Shown: positions 37,482 through 49,800 of the stretch, piece after piece | Layout: every line of letters starts with the position of its first letter | Numbering within the stretch: the first letter of the stretch is position 1 | Source: Heptranchias perlo | Taxonomy: Eukaryota | Length of the DNA stretch: 64,000 bases | NCBI RefSeq assembly: GCF_035084215.1 | Contig: NC_090361.1 | Coordinates: 1,426,001 to 1,490,000, forward strand | Direction of reading: 5' to 3' | Position numbers and translations under genes: made by a program | Notes under the pieces: model-generated | The model's input: only the letters and a program-made list of their open reading frames with translations | Told to the model about the DNA's origin: nothing | The model's database searches: none

Positions 37482-38165
37482 GAACTTGATTCGTTATTAG
37501 TTTCCCTGGAATATCAGGTATATTCTCCTCTTCCTCTGCTGTGAAGACTGACACAAAGTCATTATTCAACAAGTCTGCCATTTCCTTATTTTCATTTGAA
37601 ATATTACCTGCACCTGTTTTTAAAAGGCCCACATTACCCTTGACTACGCTTTTTCTTCTAATATAATTGTAAAAACTTTTTGTGTTAATCTTGATATCCC
37701 TTGCAAGTTTCTTTTCATATTCCCTTTATGCAGCTCTTAATCTTTTTATCTTCCTTTGCTGTTCTTTATATCTCTCCCAGTCCCCTGGATTCACACTATT
37801 CTTTGCACTTTCATGTTGTTATCTCTCATCTTTTGTCGACCATGACTTTTTTTATTTGGCAAGTCGAGCTCTTGCCCCTTAGGGGTATATACTGGTCCTG
37901 TATTAAGCTAAATTCTTTTCGAATACCTCCCACTGTTCATCTGTAGTTTTACCCAATTCACTGTCATCAGTCTCTGTCTCCTTCCATTAAAGTTAGCATT
38001 ACCAAAATCTAGAATCTTAGTAACTGTGTTACGTTTCTTCTTTTCAAACCTAATGTTGAATTCGATCATATTATGTTCACTGTTAGACAAACGTTCCCTT
38101 ACTGTTAGATTATTAACCAAGCCTGGCTCATTACTCATTACTAAATCTAGCATGGCCTGTCCCAC
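37482..38165 (-). mobile_element. Degraded CR1 ORF2 fragment
   Basis: Minus translations LDLVMSNEPGLVNNLTVRERLSNSEHNMIEF and ENKEMADLLNNDFVSVFT. Confidence 0.75.
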
Positions 38166-38469
38166 AGAAATAAAAGAGGTGTGGGGGCCCTTTTATTAAA
38201 GAGGCCACGAGGCCCCTTTAAGGACCATTTGTTTGGCTGCTCATCACCTGGTACAAATGGGTGGAAGCTGCTCCCATTTGCATTTTAAATTGCAATCTGA
38301 CCATAGCTTGGAACCTTGAGTTAGAACAGCAGCGAAGCCAAGAGAACAAATCAGTGGGATGGGCATGGAGTTCCTGTGATTCTCCTACACGCCTCCTCAT
38401 TCATCCTGGACGAAGGCAGTTCTTGTGCGGGAGTTCCTGTATCACTGACTCCAGGCCGACCACTCCCTT

Positions 38470-38840
38470 TAGTTCCCAGAATAGTTATTCTGAAACTGGT
38501 CCCTCCTTTGCCCCGAAGGAAATCCCAGCAAGTATTAGTGTTGTTATTCTGTCCAAGTCTCCATTTAGTATCTCAAAAAAGATCAAGGTCCATCTAGTTT
38601 GCCTTCTACCATCCTGGTAATCGCATGTGGAACTCACTGCCACGAGGAATAGGTGAGGTAAATGGAATAGATACATTTCAGGGGAAGCTGGATTTGTACA
38701 TGAGGGAGAAAGGAATAGAAGGAGATGCTGATAGGGTGAGATGAAGAGGGGAGGGAGGAGGCTCGTGAGGAGCATAAACACCAGCATGGACCAGTGGGGC
38801 CGAATGGCCTGTTTCTGTGCTGTACATTCTATGTAAATAC
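38470..38840. mobile_element. CR1 3' fragments in both orientations
   Basis: Plus-strand tail ggggccgaatggcctgtttctgtgctgtacattctatgtaa near 38797-38837, and a minus-strand ORF2 C-terminal remnant at 38470-38610. Confidence 0.6.
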
Positions 38841-39203
38841 TTTCTCATCCACAAGCCTCTGCAAACTTCCTTCACTCAGTCCTTCATCAAGTAAGACCAC
38901 CATTTCCTTGTTACTGGGATAATCTCACCAGGCTCCCCCTCTTCTCCCCCCTCCAGTAATTCTTTTTTTTTTCTGATGTTTTTATAAAACTGTTTCTATC
39001 TCTCCCTTGGTTGGCTGGAAGTTTAATTCCAGGCGCCATCAGCTCTCCGTCCTGTTCGTTAGGGCTCAGTTTCTGCACCAGGCGGTGCCTCAGAGACCCC
39101 AGAACAGATTGTTTCCCATTCACGGCCTCCTGAGCTGATGTAAAACGTGAGCCAAAACCTCCGAGCAGCTGCTCCTGAGATAATTCTAAAAACAGAAACT
39201 CAC

Positions 39204-39669
39204 CTGCTGCCCATTCCCCTTAACTTGTTCAAAATGAATATCCCTGATTAAACTGGTAAAGTATTGAAAGCAGTTTGTTGGACGGCTCTGTACGAACCTG
39301 AGTCTAGGGTGAGTTCCTGATCTGTGCCCCTCGCCCCAGGTTCAGGTGCTTCCAGTTGGAACCCGATTTTCCTTTGAATTACGGTCAAGATGAGAAAGAA
39401 TCGGAGAGACGCCAGCCTGTCCTCCTCCACTCTGAGCCGAGTCCTCGGTCTGACTGATCCAATACTGTCGCTGGTGCTGCTGTTCATCGCTCCCACCTCC
39501 CGCCTCCTGCCCATCGCCCACCTCCCATCGCCCACCTCCCATCGCCCACCTCCCATCGCCCACCTCCCATCGCCCGCCTTCCGACCATCCTCGATCCACT
39601 CACTACCTGTTGCTTCACACCAGCAGCTCATGCTTTGAAATGTGTGACTGCACACTGAGGGATTTTATA
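39204..39669 (-). promoter_or_regulatory. GNG14: Candidate TATA promoter and two 5' non-coding exons (about 39641..39607 and 39252..39204) of the GNG gene
   Basis: Minus TATAAAA at 39669-39663 with CA+1TTT 28 nt downstream. Donor CAG|gtagtg at 39607, acceptor ctttcaatactttaccag| at 39252, consensus donor CAG|gtgagt at 39204. Motif-based only. Confidence 0.45.
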
Positions 39670-39939
39670 GTTAAATGTCAGACTTCAAAAAAAACCCACC
39701 GCTCCCCTGCTCTCTGTTTATTTATAAATTCTTTGTTTTAAAATTAATTCCTCTCTGGAATTCTTCTAATCCTTCAGAGGCCCTTGGCTCCCACTCAGAT
39801 ATTTAAAGTTACGTCTTTTTGGGATTAAATGAAGTTGGGAGGGGGCCGGGGTCAGAACCTCAGTTCATTCTTTGTGATGATTTAACACTTCCTGTTCGAG
39901 TTAGTTTTTACCTCACGCTTCAAACAATTGGTGAAGAAA

Positions 39940-41340
39940 TCAGCCGGGGCCGGCCCCCCCCCCCACCCGGGCCCGGCCCCCCCAACTCCCCCACCCCCCG
40001 GCCCCCCCCCCACCTGGGCCCGGCCCCCCCACCCCAGGGCCCTTCCCCCCCCCCCCGGGCCCCTCCACCCCCGGGCCCCCCACACCCCACCCCGCTCCCA
40101 CTCCCCGGCCCATCCCAGGCCCCCGGGTGTACAGTACTGAGGGAACGCTGCACTGTCAGAGGGTGAGACATTAAACCAAGGCCCCGGCCGCCCCCTCGGG
40201 GTTTTCCCGGTGTCGGGGCCGGTTTTGATCCTCGATGATCGCGGCCAAAAACTTTTGTGAGTTTGCGGTTTGTGGGATCTTGCTGTGCGCACAGGGGCTG
40301 CTGGGATTTGTCGCCCTGAATCCGCTGCATTTTATTGGCTGCGGATCTGAAAGGTTCTCAATGAATAAAAACCGCCCCGCCCCCTGCCCCGCCCCCAACC
40401 CCCGCCCCTCCCCCAGCCCCGCCCCCAACTCCTCCAGCCCCGCCCCTCGCCCCGCCCCCAACTCCCCCAGCCCCGCCCCGCCCCCAACTCCCCCAGCCCC
40501 GCCCCCAACAACTCCCGCCCCGCCCCCAACTCCCGCCCCTCCCCCAGCCCCGCCCCCAACTCCCCCAGCCCCGCCCCCAACAAACCCAGCCCCGCCCCTC
40601 CGCTCCTGTCGGTTCCCTCCCCGCCTCTGGGGGGCGCGGACTCGTTTCCAGTTCCGGGTCGGGGGGTCACACCGGGAAAAATCCACCGCGCGGAGCCGGA
40701 TCGGTGAGTCCGGGGGCCGGGGGCCGGGGGCCGGGGGGAGCGGGGGCCGGGGGGAGCGGGGGCCGGGGGGAGCGGGGGCCGGGGGGAGCGGGGGCCAGCG
40801 GGGGGAGCGGGGGCCAGCGGGGGCCGGGGGGAGCGGGGGCCAGCGGGGGCCGGGGAGCGGGGGCCGGGGGGAGCGGGGGCCAGCGGGGGCCGGGGAGCGG
40901 GGGCCGGGGGGAGCGGGGGCCAGCGGGGGCCGGGGAGCGGGGGCCGGGGGGAGCGGGTGGGGGGGGGGTGGGGGGAGCCGGGATTCTCTGACAGGCCGGC
41001 CGCTCAATCGAGCCCATTCTCGGCCTCGGTTATTGTTTACCCCGCGGTAAAGGCCGAGCGGCTCCGGCAGCTTCTGGGAGCGAGAGGGCCCGGAGCCTCG
41101 GCCTGTCCCCGGAGCCTCGGCCTGTCCCCGGAGCCTCGGCCGCCGCTCCCAAAATAACAAAGAAGCAGCGACACGGAGAGGACAAGCCCGCGACCCCTGA
41201 CCCTGACTCTGGCCCGCGACCCCTGACCCCTGACCTATTTATGAACCTATTTTATTTGTTCTATAGTGGGGCCGCCTCCCCTGGTCGAACAGCCCCCGTC
41301 TGTCCGCCATTTTGCGGAGTTGTTGGTGTTTTTGGGCCTC
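39940..41340 (+). promoter_or_regulatory. DHPS: CpG-island promoter and probable non-coding first exon (ending 40703) of DHPS
   Basis: Tandem CCCCGCCC GC boxes 40373-40600, ETS-like ttccgg ~40652, donor TCG|gtgagt after 40703, G-rich repeat 40710-40980, YY1-like CCGCCATTTT ~41304. Contains a GC-shifted SINE remnant at 40130-40350. Confidence 0.7.
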
Positions 41341-41856
41341 GGGTCAGGGTCAGTTTAGGATCTGATTTGCTCGATTAATGAATTGGGGCTGGGCCGAGTC
41401 TCCAGGGCGGCTTCAGTCCGGCCCGCAGGCCTGGGATAATGGGTGGGGTTTGGGCCGACCCGGCGAGGGGTCGTGCTCCCAGCGGACTCGCACAAAACTG
41501 GGGCTAAAGATCGCCCGGCACGGCTCAAGGAAGAGCCGGGAGTTCTCCCCGTGTCCTCGGCCAACATTCCTCCCTCAACCAACACCACCAAAAAACATTA
41601 ACTACTCAGTCAAATTGTTCACTGTTTTGGAGTCTTGCTGTGCACGGAATGGCTGCTGTGTTTACCTCAACAACAACGGCCACACTACAAAATAACTAAT
41701 TGAATGAGCGATGCGAAAAGGTGCTGTATTAGAGCAAGCCGGGATGTGTGGAGCAGGAGTGCTACAATAGATGTTCCTTCCTCTTTAGGTCTCTGTCAGT
41801 ATGAATCATGGTCTCATGGAGAATTCCAATTCCCAAGCTGCCAAGGTGGGTTTGCA

Positions 41857-43740
41857 TAGAAACATAGAAAATAGGAGCAAGAGTAGGCCATTCGGCCCTT
41901 CGGGCCTGCTGCGCCATTCAAAATGATCATGGCTGATCGTCGAACTCAGTACCCTGTTCATGCTTTTTCCCCATATCCCTTGATCCCTTTAGCATTAAGA
42001 AATATATCTATCTCCTTCTTGAATACATCTAATGACTTGGCCTCCACTGCCTTCTGTGGTAGAGAATTCCACAGGTTCACCACCCTCTGAGTGAAGAAAT
42101 TTCTCCTCATCTCGGTTCTAAATGGCATACCCCGTATCCTGAGACTGTGACCCCTGGTTCTGGACTCCCCAGCCATCAGGAACATCCTCCCTGCATCTAG
42201 CCTGTCTAGTCCTGTTAGAATTTTATATGTTTTGATGAGATCACCTCTCATTCTTCTAAACTCTAGTGAATATAGGCCTAGTCGACCCAATCTCTCCTCA
42301 TACGTCAGTCCTGCCATCCCAGGAATCAGTCTGGTAAACCTTCGTTGCACTCCCTCCATGGCAAGGACATCCTTCCTCAGATAAGGAGACCAAAACTGCA
42401 CACAATACTCCAGATGTGGTCTCACCAAGGCCCTGTATAACTGCAGTAAGACATCCCTGCTCCTGTACTCAAACCCTCTTGCAATGAAGGCCAACATACC
42501 ATTCGCCTTCCTAACTGCTTGCTGCACCTGAATGCTCGCTTTCAGCGACTGGTGTACAAGGACACCCAGGTCTCATTGCACCTCCCCTTTTCCCAATCTA
42601 TCACCATTCAGATAATAATCTGCCTTTCTGTTTTTACAACCAAAGTGGATAACCTCACATTTATCCACGTTATACTGCATCTGCCATGTTCTTGCCCACT
42701 CACCCAACTTGTCTAAATCACATTGGAGCCTCTTTGCATCCTCCTCACAGCTCACATTCCACCCAGCTTTGTGTCGTCTGCAAACTTGGAAATGTTACAT
42801 TCAGTTCCCTCATCCAAATCATTGATATATATTGTGAATAGCTGGGGCCCAAGCACTGATCCCTGCGGTACCCCACTAGTCACTGCCTGCCACCCGGAAA
42901 AAGACCCGTTTATTCCTACTCTCTGTTTCCTGTCTGTCAACCAATTCTCAATCCATGCCAGTATATTCCTCCCAATCCCATGTGCTTTAATTTTGCACAC
43001 TAACCTCTTGAGTGGGACCTTATCAAAAGCCTTCTGAAAATCCAAATACACCACATCCACTGGTTCTCCCCTATCTATTCTACTAGTTACATCCTCAAAA
43101 AACTCCAGTAGATTTGTTAAGCATTATTTCCCTTTCATAAACCCATGCTGACTTTGTCCAATCCCGTTAATGCCCTCCAAGTGTCCTGTTATCACATCTT
43201 TTATAATAGACGCTAACATTTTCCCCAATACTGATGTTAGGCTAACTGGCCTGTAATTCCCTGTTTTTTCTCTCCCTCCTTTTTTAAATAGTGGGGTTAC
43301 ATTTGCCAACGTCCAATCTGTAGGAATTGTTCCAGAGTCTATAGAATTTTGGAAGATGATCACCAATGCATCCACTATTTCCAGGGCCACTTCCTTTAGT
43401 ACTCTGGGATGTAGATTATCAGGCCCTGGGGATTTGTCAGCCTTTAGCCCCATTAATTTCCCTTGCACTATTTTTTTTACTAATACTGGTTTCCTTCAGT
43501 TCCTCCCTCTCACTAGACCCTTGGTTCCCTAACATTTCTGGCAGGTTATTTGTATCCTCCTTTGTGAAGACAGAACCAAAGTATGTGTTTAATTGTTCTG
43601 CCATTTCTTTGTTCCCCATTATAATTGCCCCCATTTCTGACTGTAAGGGACCTACATTTGTCTTCACTAATCTTTTTCTCTTGACATATTTATAGAAGCT
43701 TTTACAGTCAGTTTTTATGTTCCCTGCTAGTTTACTCTCA
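41857..43740 (-). mobile_element. 5'-truncated CR1 LINE (~1.9 kb, RT to 3' tail) in DHPS intron 1
   Basis: ORFs 41958-42527, 42573-42755, 42752-43060 ([24 protein letters not shown]), 43124-43468 and 43437-43793; (catagaaa)n tail at 41856-41872. Confidence 0.92.
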
Positions 43741-43879
43741 TTTGAACTCACATTCTCTGGATTTTTATCCAATAATATAATCACCACACCCACATCTCAA
43801 ACTCTGACAGTAATGTGTGTGTTTTTTGTCTCTCAGACTCTGTCTCTGCCTGGTTGAGCAGTGATTCGGTGACCAGCCA

Positions 43880-46800
43880 ATGGGAACGGAGAGAATGGCG
43901 GAATCTATCCCGCCAGTGGCTCTGAATGCAGTTTTCAAGCAAAGTGCGAGCATCCCTGAGGGCTCTCTGCAGGTCAAAGGCTACGACTTCAACAGGGGAA
44001 TTGATTACCATGCACTGATGCAGTCCTACATCACCACCGGCTACCAGGCAACCAGCTTCGGACAGGCAGTCCAGCAGATCAATGCAATGGTAGGAATCAA
44101 AGACTCTGTAGCTCATCTCTAGGTGGTTACTGGATAAGATCTTACTGTAAATTTAGGCAGGACAGGGTGACAGAGGTCAGCACTATGAACTCGGAGATAA
44201 GAAGGACTCCATCAGACATAGGGTGAGAGATATCTGAAATATTCTGTCTGACTTTAGGGCGCTCAAGGCACAGTGGGGTGCAAGGCCAAGAGTGAGAACT
44301 CCAGAGCAATGAGTTCTGGGCCAACCGGCCTGGTCCCAGGTACATGACAGGGAGAGGGGGGTTCATTACTGAGAGCAGGTGGGTGGGATGGTGCAGTGAG
44401 CACTGTGCATCTCCATTCCCCCTTAACCGAGAGCCTGGTCTCGGGAGGGATATCAGAGAGGCCGTGTACACAGGCTGTGTGCCCATCGTTGGGGCAAGCT
44501 GGCCACATGGGCACCTGGTTGGTGATTGCGGGGTGGGGGGGAGAGGGAGAGGGGGGAATGGGCAGATGGAGGGGTGGGGATGGGGAGGGAGAGGGAGGAA
44601 TGCCGGGAGGGGGGGGAGATGGGAATGGGGGGAGGGGGTACGCGGAAGGGCGGAGACGGGGGGGTGGAGACGGGAGGGGGGGGCGGGACAGGGCGATCTT
44701 CACAGCGGAGAGCCTGATGTTTGTTCTCCCCCCTCAGATTGAGAAGAAGTTGGAGCCATTGGATGAATCTGTAGAGGACACGATTAACCTGAACCCGTGT
44801 CAGCGGGAGAGGTCGGGCTGTACCATCTTTCTGGGATACACATCCAACCTGATCAGCTCTGGGATCAGAGAGACCATTCGTTACCTCGTGCAGCATAACA
44901 TGGTTCAGTCTATTTCACACACTGCCGTTTAAATCAACAAGATCCTTTCATTCACAACAGGCGATTGGCTGCTGAGCCCATGTACTGTCCAAGGCAGCAC
45001 TGTCACTGGGATTCCCGTTGGACTAGTGGGTGTGTGAATCCTTCACACGATGGCCACTTAAACTACAACAAACACCCAGCAGTACAGTTCGAGAATCTCC
45101 TCGGGCTGTGCCTGGAGAGAGCATTTTGAGTTGTATAACACTGGGGTACAGTACTGGTGGGTACAGATCTGTCCCTGTATAACACTGGGGGACAGTACTG
45201 GTGGGTACAGGTCTGTCACTGTATAAAACTGGGGGACAGTACTGGTGGGTACAGATCTGTCCCTGTATAACACTGGGGTACAGTACTGGTGGGTTCAGAT
45301 CTGTCCCTGTATAACACTGGGGGACAGTACTGGTGGGTACAGGTCCGTCACTGTATAACACTGGGGTACAGTACTGGTGGGTACAGATCTGTCACTGTAT
45401 AACACTGGGGTACAGTAAGTACTGGTGGGTACAGGTCCGTCACTGTATAACACTGGGGTACAGTAGTGGTGGGTACAGGTCTGTCACTGTATAACACTGG
45501 GGTACAGTACTGGGGGGGTCCATGTCTGTCCCTGGGGTGGGAGTGATTTGAGGGAATTGATTAAGATTTTCTCACAACCTTAAATTCTTTTGGTTTCAGT
45601 GAGTGTCTCTAATGTGTTGGAACGATTCACTAAGTCCAGTGATGACACTGCCAGCACCTCTTGAACCATTAACTCACAGATAAATGGACATGATCCAGGA
45701 GTAAATTCCAGACCTCTTGTCATTCATATTTAGTATTTGTGGTGCAGCTGGGAGTTCCAGAGACCCTGGCAGCCCCCCCGGGACATCACTCTGCATGTGG
45801 GAAGCAGGGAGGTACATGGCCCACAGAGGTGTCACCGCTTAGTCTGTGCGTCCCCGTGTCCGCGTGTGCGTGTCCGCGTGTGCGTGTCCGCGTGTGCGTG
45901 TCCGCGTGTGCGTGTCCGCGTGTGCGTGTCCGCGTGTGCGTGTCCGTGTGTCCGTGTCCGCGTGTGCGTGTCCGCGTGTGCGTGTCCGCGTGTGTGTGTC
46001 CCCGTGTCCGTGTATATATATATGTACACACACACATACACTTTGTAGCAGCAGTCACTGGATCGGGATCAGGAGCAGGAACTCTGACTGATTTTTCCAG
46101 GTCGGTTGTAGCACAGATGAGATGAGATGAGCTCGTTCTGCACAGGCAGTGGATTGGAGCCTCATTACATCGTGTTTGGGGACAGGGGACTAATAGTCAC
46201 CTGAGGGAGGGAGGGAACAGCTGGTTATTCCAGCTGCCCAGTGGCCTTTTGTCCCCCCTGTTTTCTGGCCCCACTCACTCTGACCTTGTCTGCAGGTTGA
46301 CTGTGTGGTGACCACTGCGGGCGGTATCGAGGAGGATTTCATCAAGTGTCTCGCTCCAACCTTTGTGGGAGATTTCAGCCTGAAGGGTAAAGAACTCCGC
46401 AGCAGTGGGATTAACAGGTAGTTACTGAGAGCAGTCCCTCGCTGTCAAAACACCGAGCACTCACTAAAGAGGGAGAAATTAAACGAGTCTGTCAGCTGGT
46501 GAAAACATTTCTCCAAATACTGGCCAGGGCACTGTGTAAAATGGGGCCACTCTGTGACTGGGGAGTGTCTCTGTTCTGGAAGGAGAGTCAGGTGTTGGGA
46601 TTGAGCAGCACCGATGAGCTGTCACTTTGAGGCACAGTGTCACTGTGCGGAGTGAAGCAAGTCAGCGGGTTCCCCACATGGAGCGAGAGCACCCAGAGCA
46701 CTAATTACCCCAACAAACCAGGTTCATTCACCACTCTGTGCTCAGTGAGCTGACCTCAGCCACAATTTACCTGGGCATCTCTGGGCCGGGGCTCCAGCTC

Positions 46801-49800
46801 CTCATCCCTGCCCAGTGACTCTGGCTGGAAGGCGTGTGTTTGGATATCTGGGAAAGTTAGATACAGTGTAAAGCTCCCTCTACACTGTCCCATCAAACAC
46901 TCCCAGGGCAGGTACAGGGTTAGTTACAGAGTAAAGCTCCCTCTACACTGCCCCATCAAACACTCCCAGGGCAGGTACAGGGTTAGATACAGAGTAAAGC
47001 TCCCTCTACACTGTCCCAAAGATGAATCTGTGTCCCATCCTCTGAGGAACATCTCTTTAGAATGAGTTGGATTTGGACGCAGCTCCCAGAGGTGAAAGGC
47101 TGACGTCTAACCCATTGCTCATTTCTAAGACAGATGATTTATTATTTATGGGGCTCTGCTGATCGTGGGTCTGAATTATATTGGTGATTACTTTACAGAA
47201 TTGGCAATCTACTGGTTCCCAATGAGAACTACTGCAAATTTGAGGACTGGGTGATGCCGATCCTGGATCAGATGGTCCTGGAACAGAACGAGCAGGTGAG
47301 ATGGGACACCTCATCCCTTAGAATGGTCGTGGATTGAGGCCTTCCATCAGGTTAGCTGCCCATTCTAGAGTTTGAAGGGTTAAATTATGCAGACGAGTTG
47401 CTCTATCAGATGCTTATAATCCCCTGAGTTTAGACGGTTGAGGGGTGATCTAATTGATGTGTTTAAAATGATAAACAAATTGGATAGGGTAGATATAGAG
47501 AAACTATTTCCTCTGGTGGGGAATCGAGAACAAGGGGGCACAATCTTAAAATTAGAGCCGGGTTGTTTAGGAATGAAATCAGGAAGCATTTTTTCACACA
47601 AAGGGGAGTGGAAATCTGGAACTCTTCCCAAAGGCTGTGGGTGCTGGGGGTCAATTGAAATTTTGAAGACTGAGATCAATAGATTTTTGTTGGGTAAGGA
47701 TATCAAGGGATAGGGAACCAAGGCAGGTGAATGGAGTTGAGGTACAGATCAGCCATGATCTGATTGAATGGCGGAACAGGCTCGAGGGGCTGAATGGCCT
47801 CCTCCTGTTCCTGTGTTTCCTACAATAGCAGACCTTGTAATACAGAAGTGGCTGTGAATTTACTTTATTTCCCCGTTTCCCCTGAAGGTGCTGCATTGTG
47901 CAGCGATGTGATTCCACACCGTCAGTTATTACACTACAGGTTTTCATCACACTCGGCTTCTTGTTCCCGGTGTAAAAGGCCCTCCCAGAAACAAGTGCTC
48001 GCTCCTACGAGCCGCAGAGTGACCTTGTGTACGATCTGAATCCTAAAACCCTCTGGCAGCGGTCCCCCAAAACACAGTGCACCAGCTCCTCACCCCGGGC
48101 CCGGCCCGGGAAACTCCCACTGCTTCCTTTTCATTGTGAGACTGGAAAAGCCTGTGTCCTGATTGGTGCATTTTGACCAGTCAGAGAGCAGCCTTTCCTA
48201 ATCCTGCTGCCCAGGAATTTTACCAAACGTCAGCAGCTGTTTTGAGGAGTGGAGGGTGTGGCGGAGTGTTTTGAGGAGTGGAGGGTGGGGCGGAGTGTTT
48301 TGAGGAGTGGAGGGTGGGGCGGAGTGTTTTGAGGAGTGGAGGGTGTGGCGGAGTGTTTTGAGGAGTGGAGGGTGTGGCGGAGTGTTTTGAGGAGTGGAGG
48401 GTGTGGCGGAGTGTTTTGAGGAGTGGAGGGTGGGGCGGAGTGTTTTGAGGAGTGGAGGGTGTGGCGGAGTGTTTTGAGGAGTGGAGGGTGGGGCGGGGCG
48501 GAGTGTTTTTTGTGAGGGAGGGGGTTCGCGTCATGTGTTCAGAGATCTCCGGCTCGTTCACATTCTACCATCCTGGTAAGTCACATGACACAATGATAAT
48601 GGAATTGTTGAATAATCAATCGGTCTGTGGGCTGTCCGACTGTGAGGGTCATCAACGCTGAGCCATGTATATAGAGACACGGGCACGGGGACACGCACGC
48701 GGGCACGGGGACACGCACGCGGGCACGGGGACACGCACGCGGGCACGGGGACACGCAAGCGGGCACAGGTGTGCACGGATACAGACACGCTTTCCCGCAG
48801 GGGCAGCAGTGCAAATGTGGGTCACCCTGTCTGTGTGTAGCCCTGGTCCTGACGGGACGTTGCCCAGTGAGTCACAGAGGGAACCCCTCTGTTTCGAATG
48901 AGTGATTATTTAAAGCCAGAATTCCCAGCTGCTTCGATCCTCTGCCTGGTTGCCGTGGTGATGTCATCATGTGCCGGAGCGCTGCAGGAAGTGATGTGTT
49001 TGTATTGTGTGTGTCTTGCAGGGAATGAAGTGGACTCCATCGAAGATGATTGCTCGACTGGGGAAAGAAATCGATAACCCAGAGTCAGTCTACTACTGGA
49101 CGTACAAGGTACAGTGCTCGGTGTACGTGTCGCAGTCAATCCTTCAGTGTGTTCTCACCTCCCAAATCCGTGCCCATCTCTGCTGCAACTACCCGTTTGA
49201 ATCTCTCCAATCAGGTTTCTGTCCCTGCCACAGTTCTGAAACAGTCCTCTGGGACTGATTGGAGGGAACTCTCCCTCCTCAAACTCTCCCTCCTCAAACT
49301 CTCCCTCCTCAAACTCTCCCTCCTCAAACTCTCCCTCCTCAAACTCTCCCTCCTCAAACTCTCCCTCCTCAAACTCTCCCTCCTCAAACTCTCCCTCCTC
49401 AAACTCTCCCTCCTCAAACTCTCCCTCCTCAAACTCTCCCTCCTCAAACTCTCCCTCCTCAAACTCTCCCTCCTCAAACTCTCCCTCCTCAAACTCTCCC
49501 TCCTCAAACTCTCCGCAGCCTTTAACTCAGTTGCGCACACCGTGCTCCTCCAATACCTCTCCTCCATTGTCCAGCTGGGTGGGACTGCTGTGATCTGGCT
49601 ACTCTCTTACCTGTCTGATCGCACCTTCTCTTCCCACCCCTGGAGCCCCCCAAGGATCTCTCCTCGGCCCCTCCACTTCCTCACCTACATCTTCTCCATT
49701 GGTGACATCATCCTCAGAGATGGGGTCAGGTTTCACAATTACACTGACCACACAGCGCTCGACCTCTCCGCCTGTTACCCCTTCACTGCCTCAGTGTTTT

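Noticed and set aside
36580-37632. Long ORFs of 220-350 aa on both strands
   Set aside because: Translations of the stop-free 33-bp minisatellite. The same applies to ORFs at 13630-14071, 15166-15760, 18182-19229, 21581-22756, 40171-41160, 49050-49871 and 60913-62612, apart from short real exon segments inside some of them.
40235-41050. Collagen-like or proline-rich protein ORF
   Set aside because: Arises from GC-rich promoter repeats around DHPS exon 1; no sustained Gly-X-Y register or exon structure.
44903-44908. Non-canonical DHPS splice donor (ATG|gttcag)
   Set aside because: Weak but still GT, and it keeps the frame and expected protein sequence.
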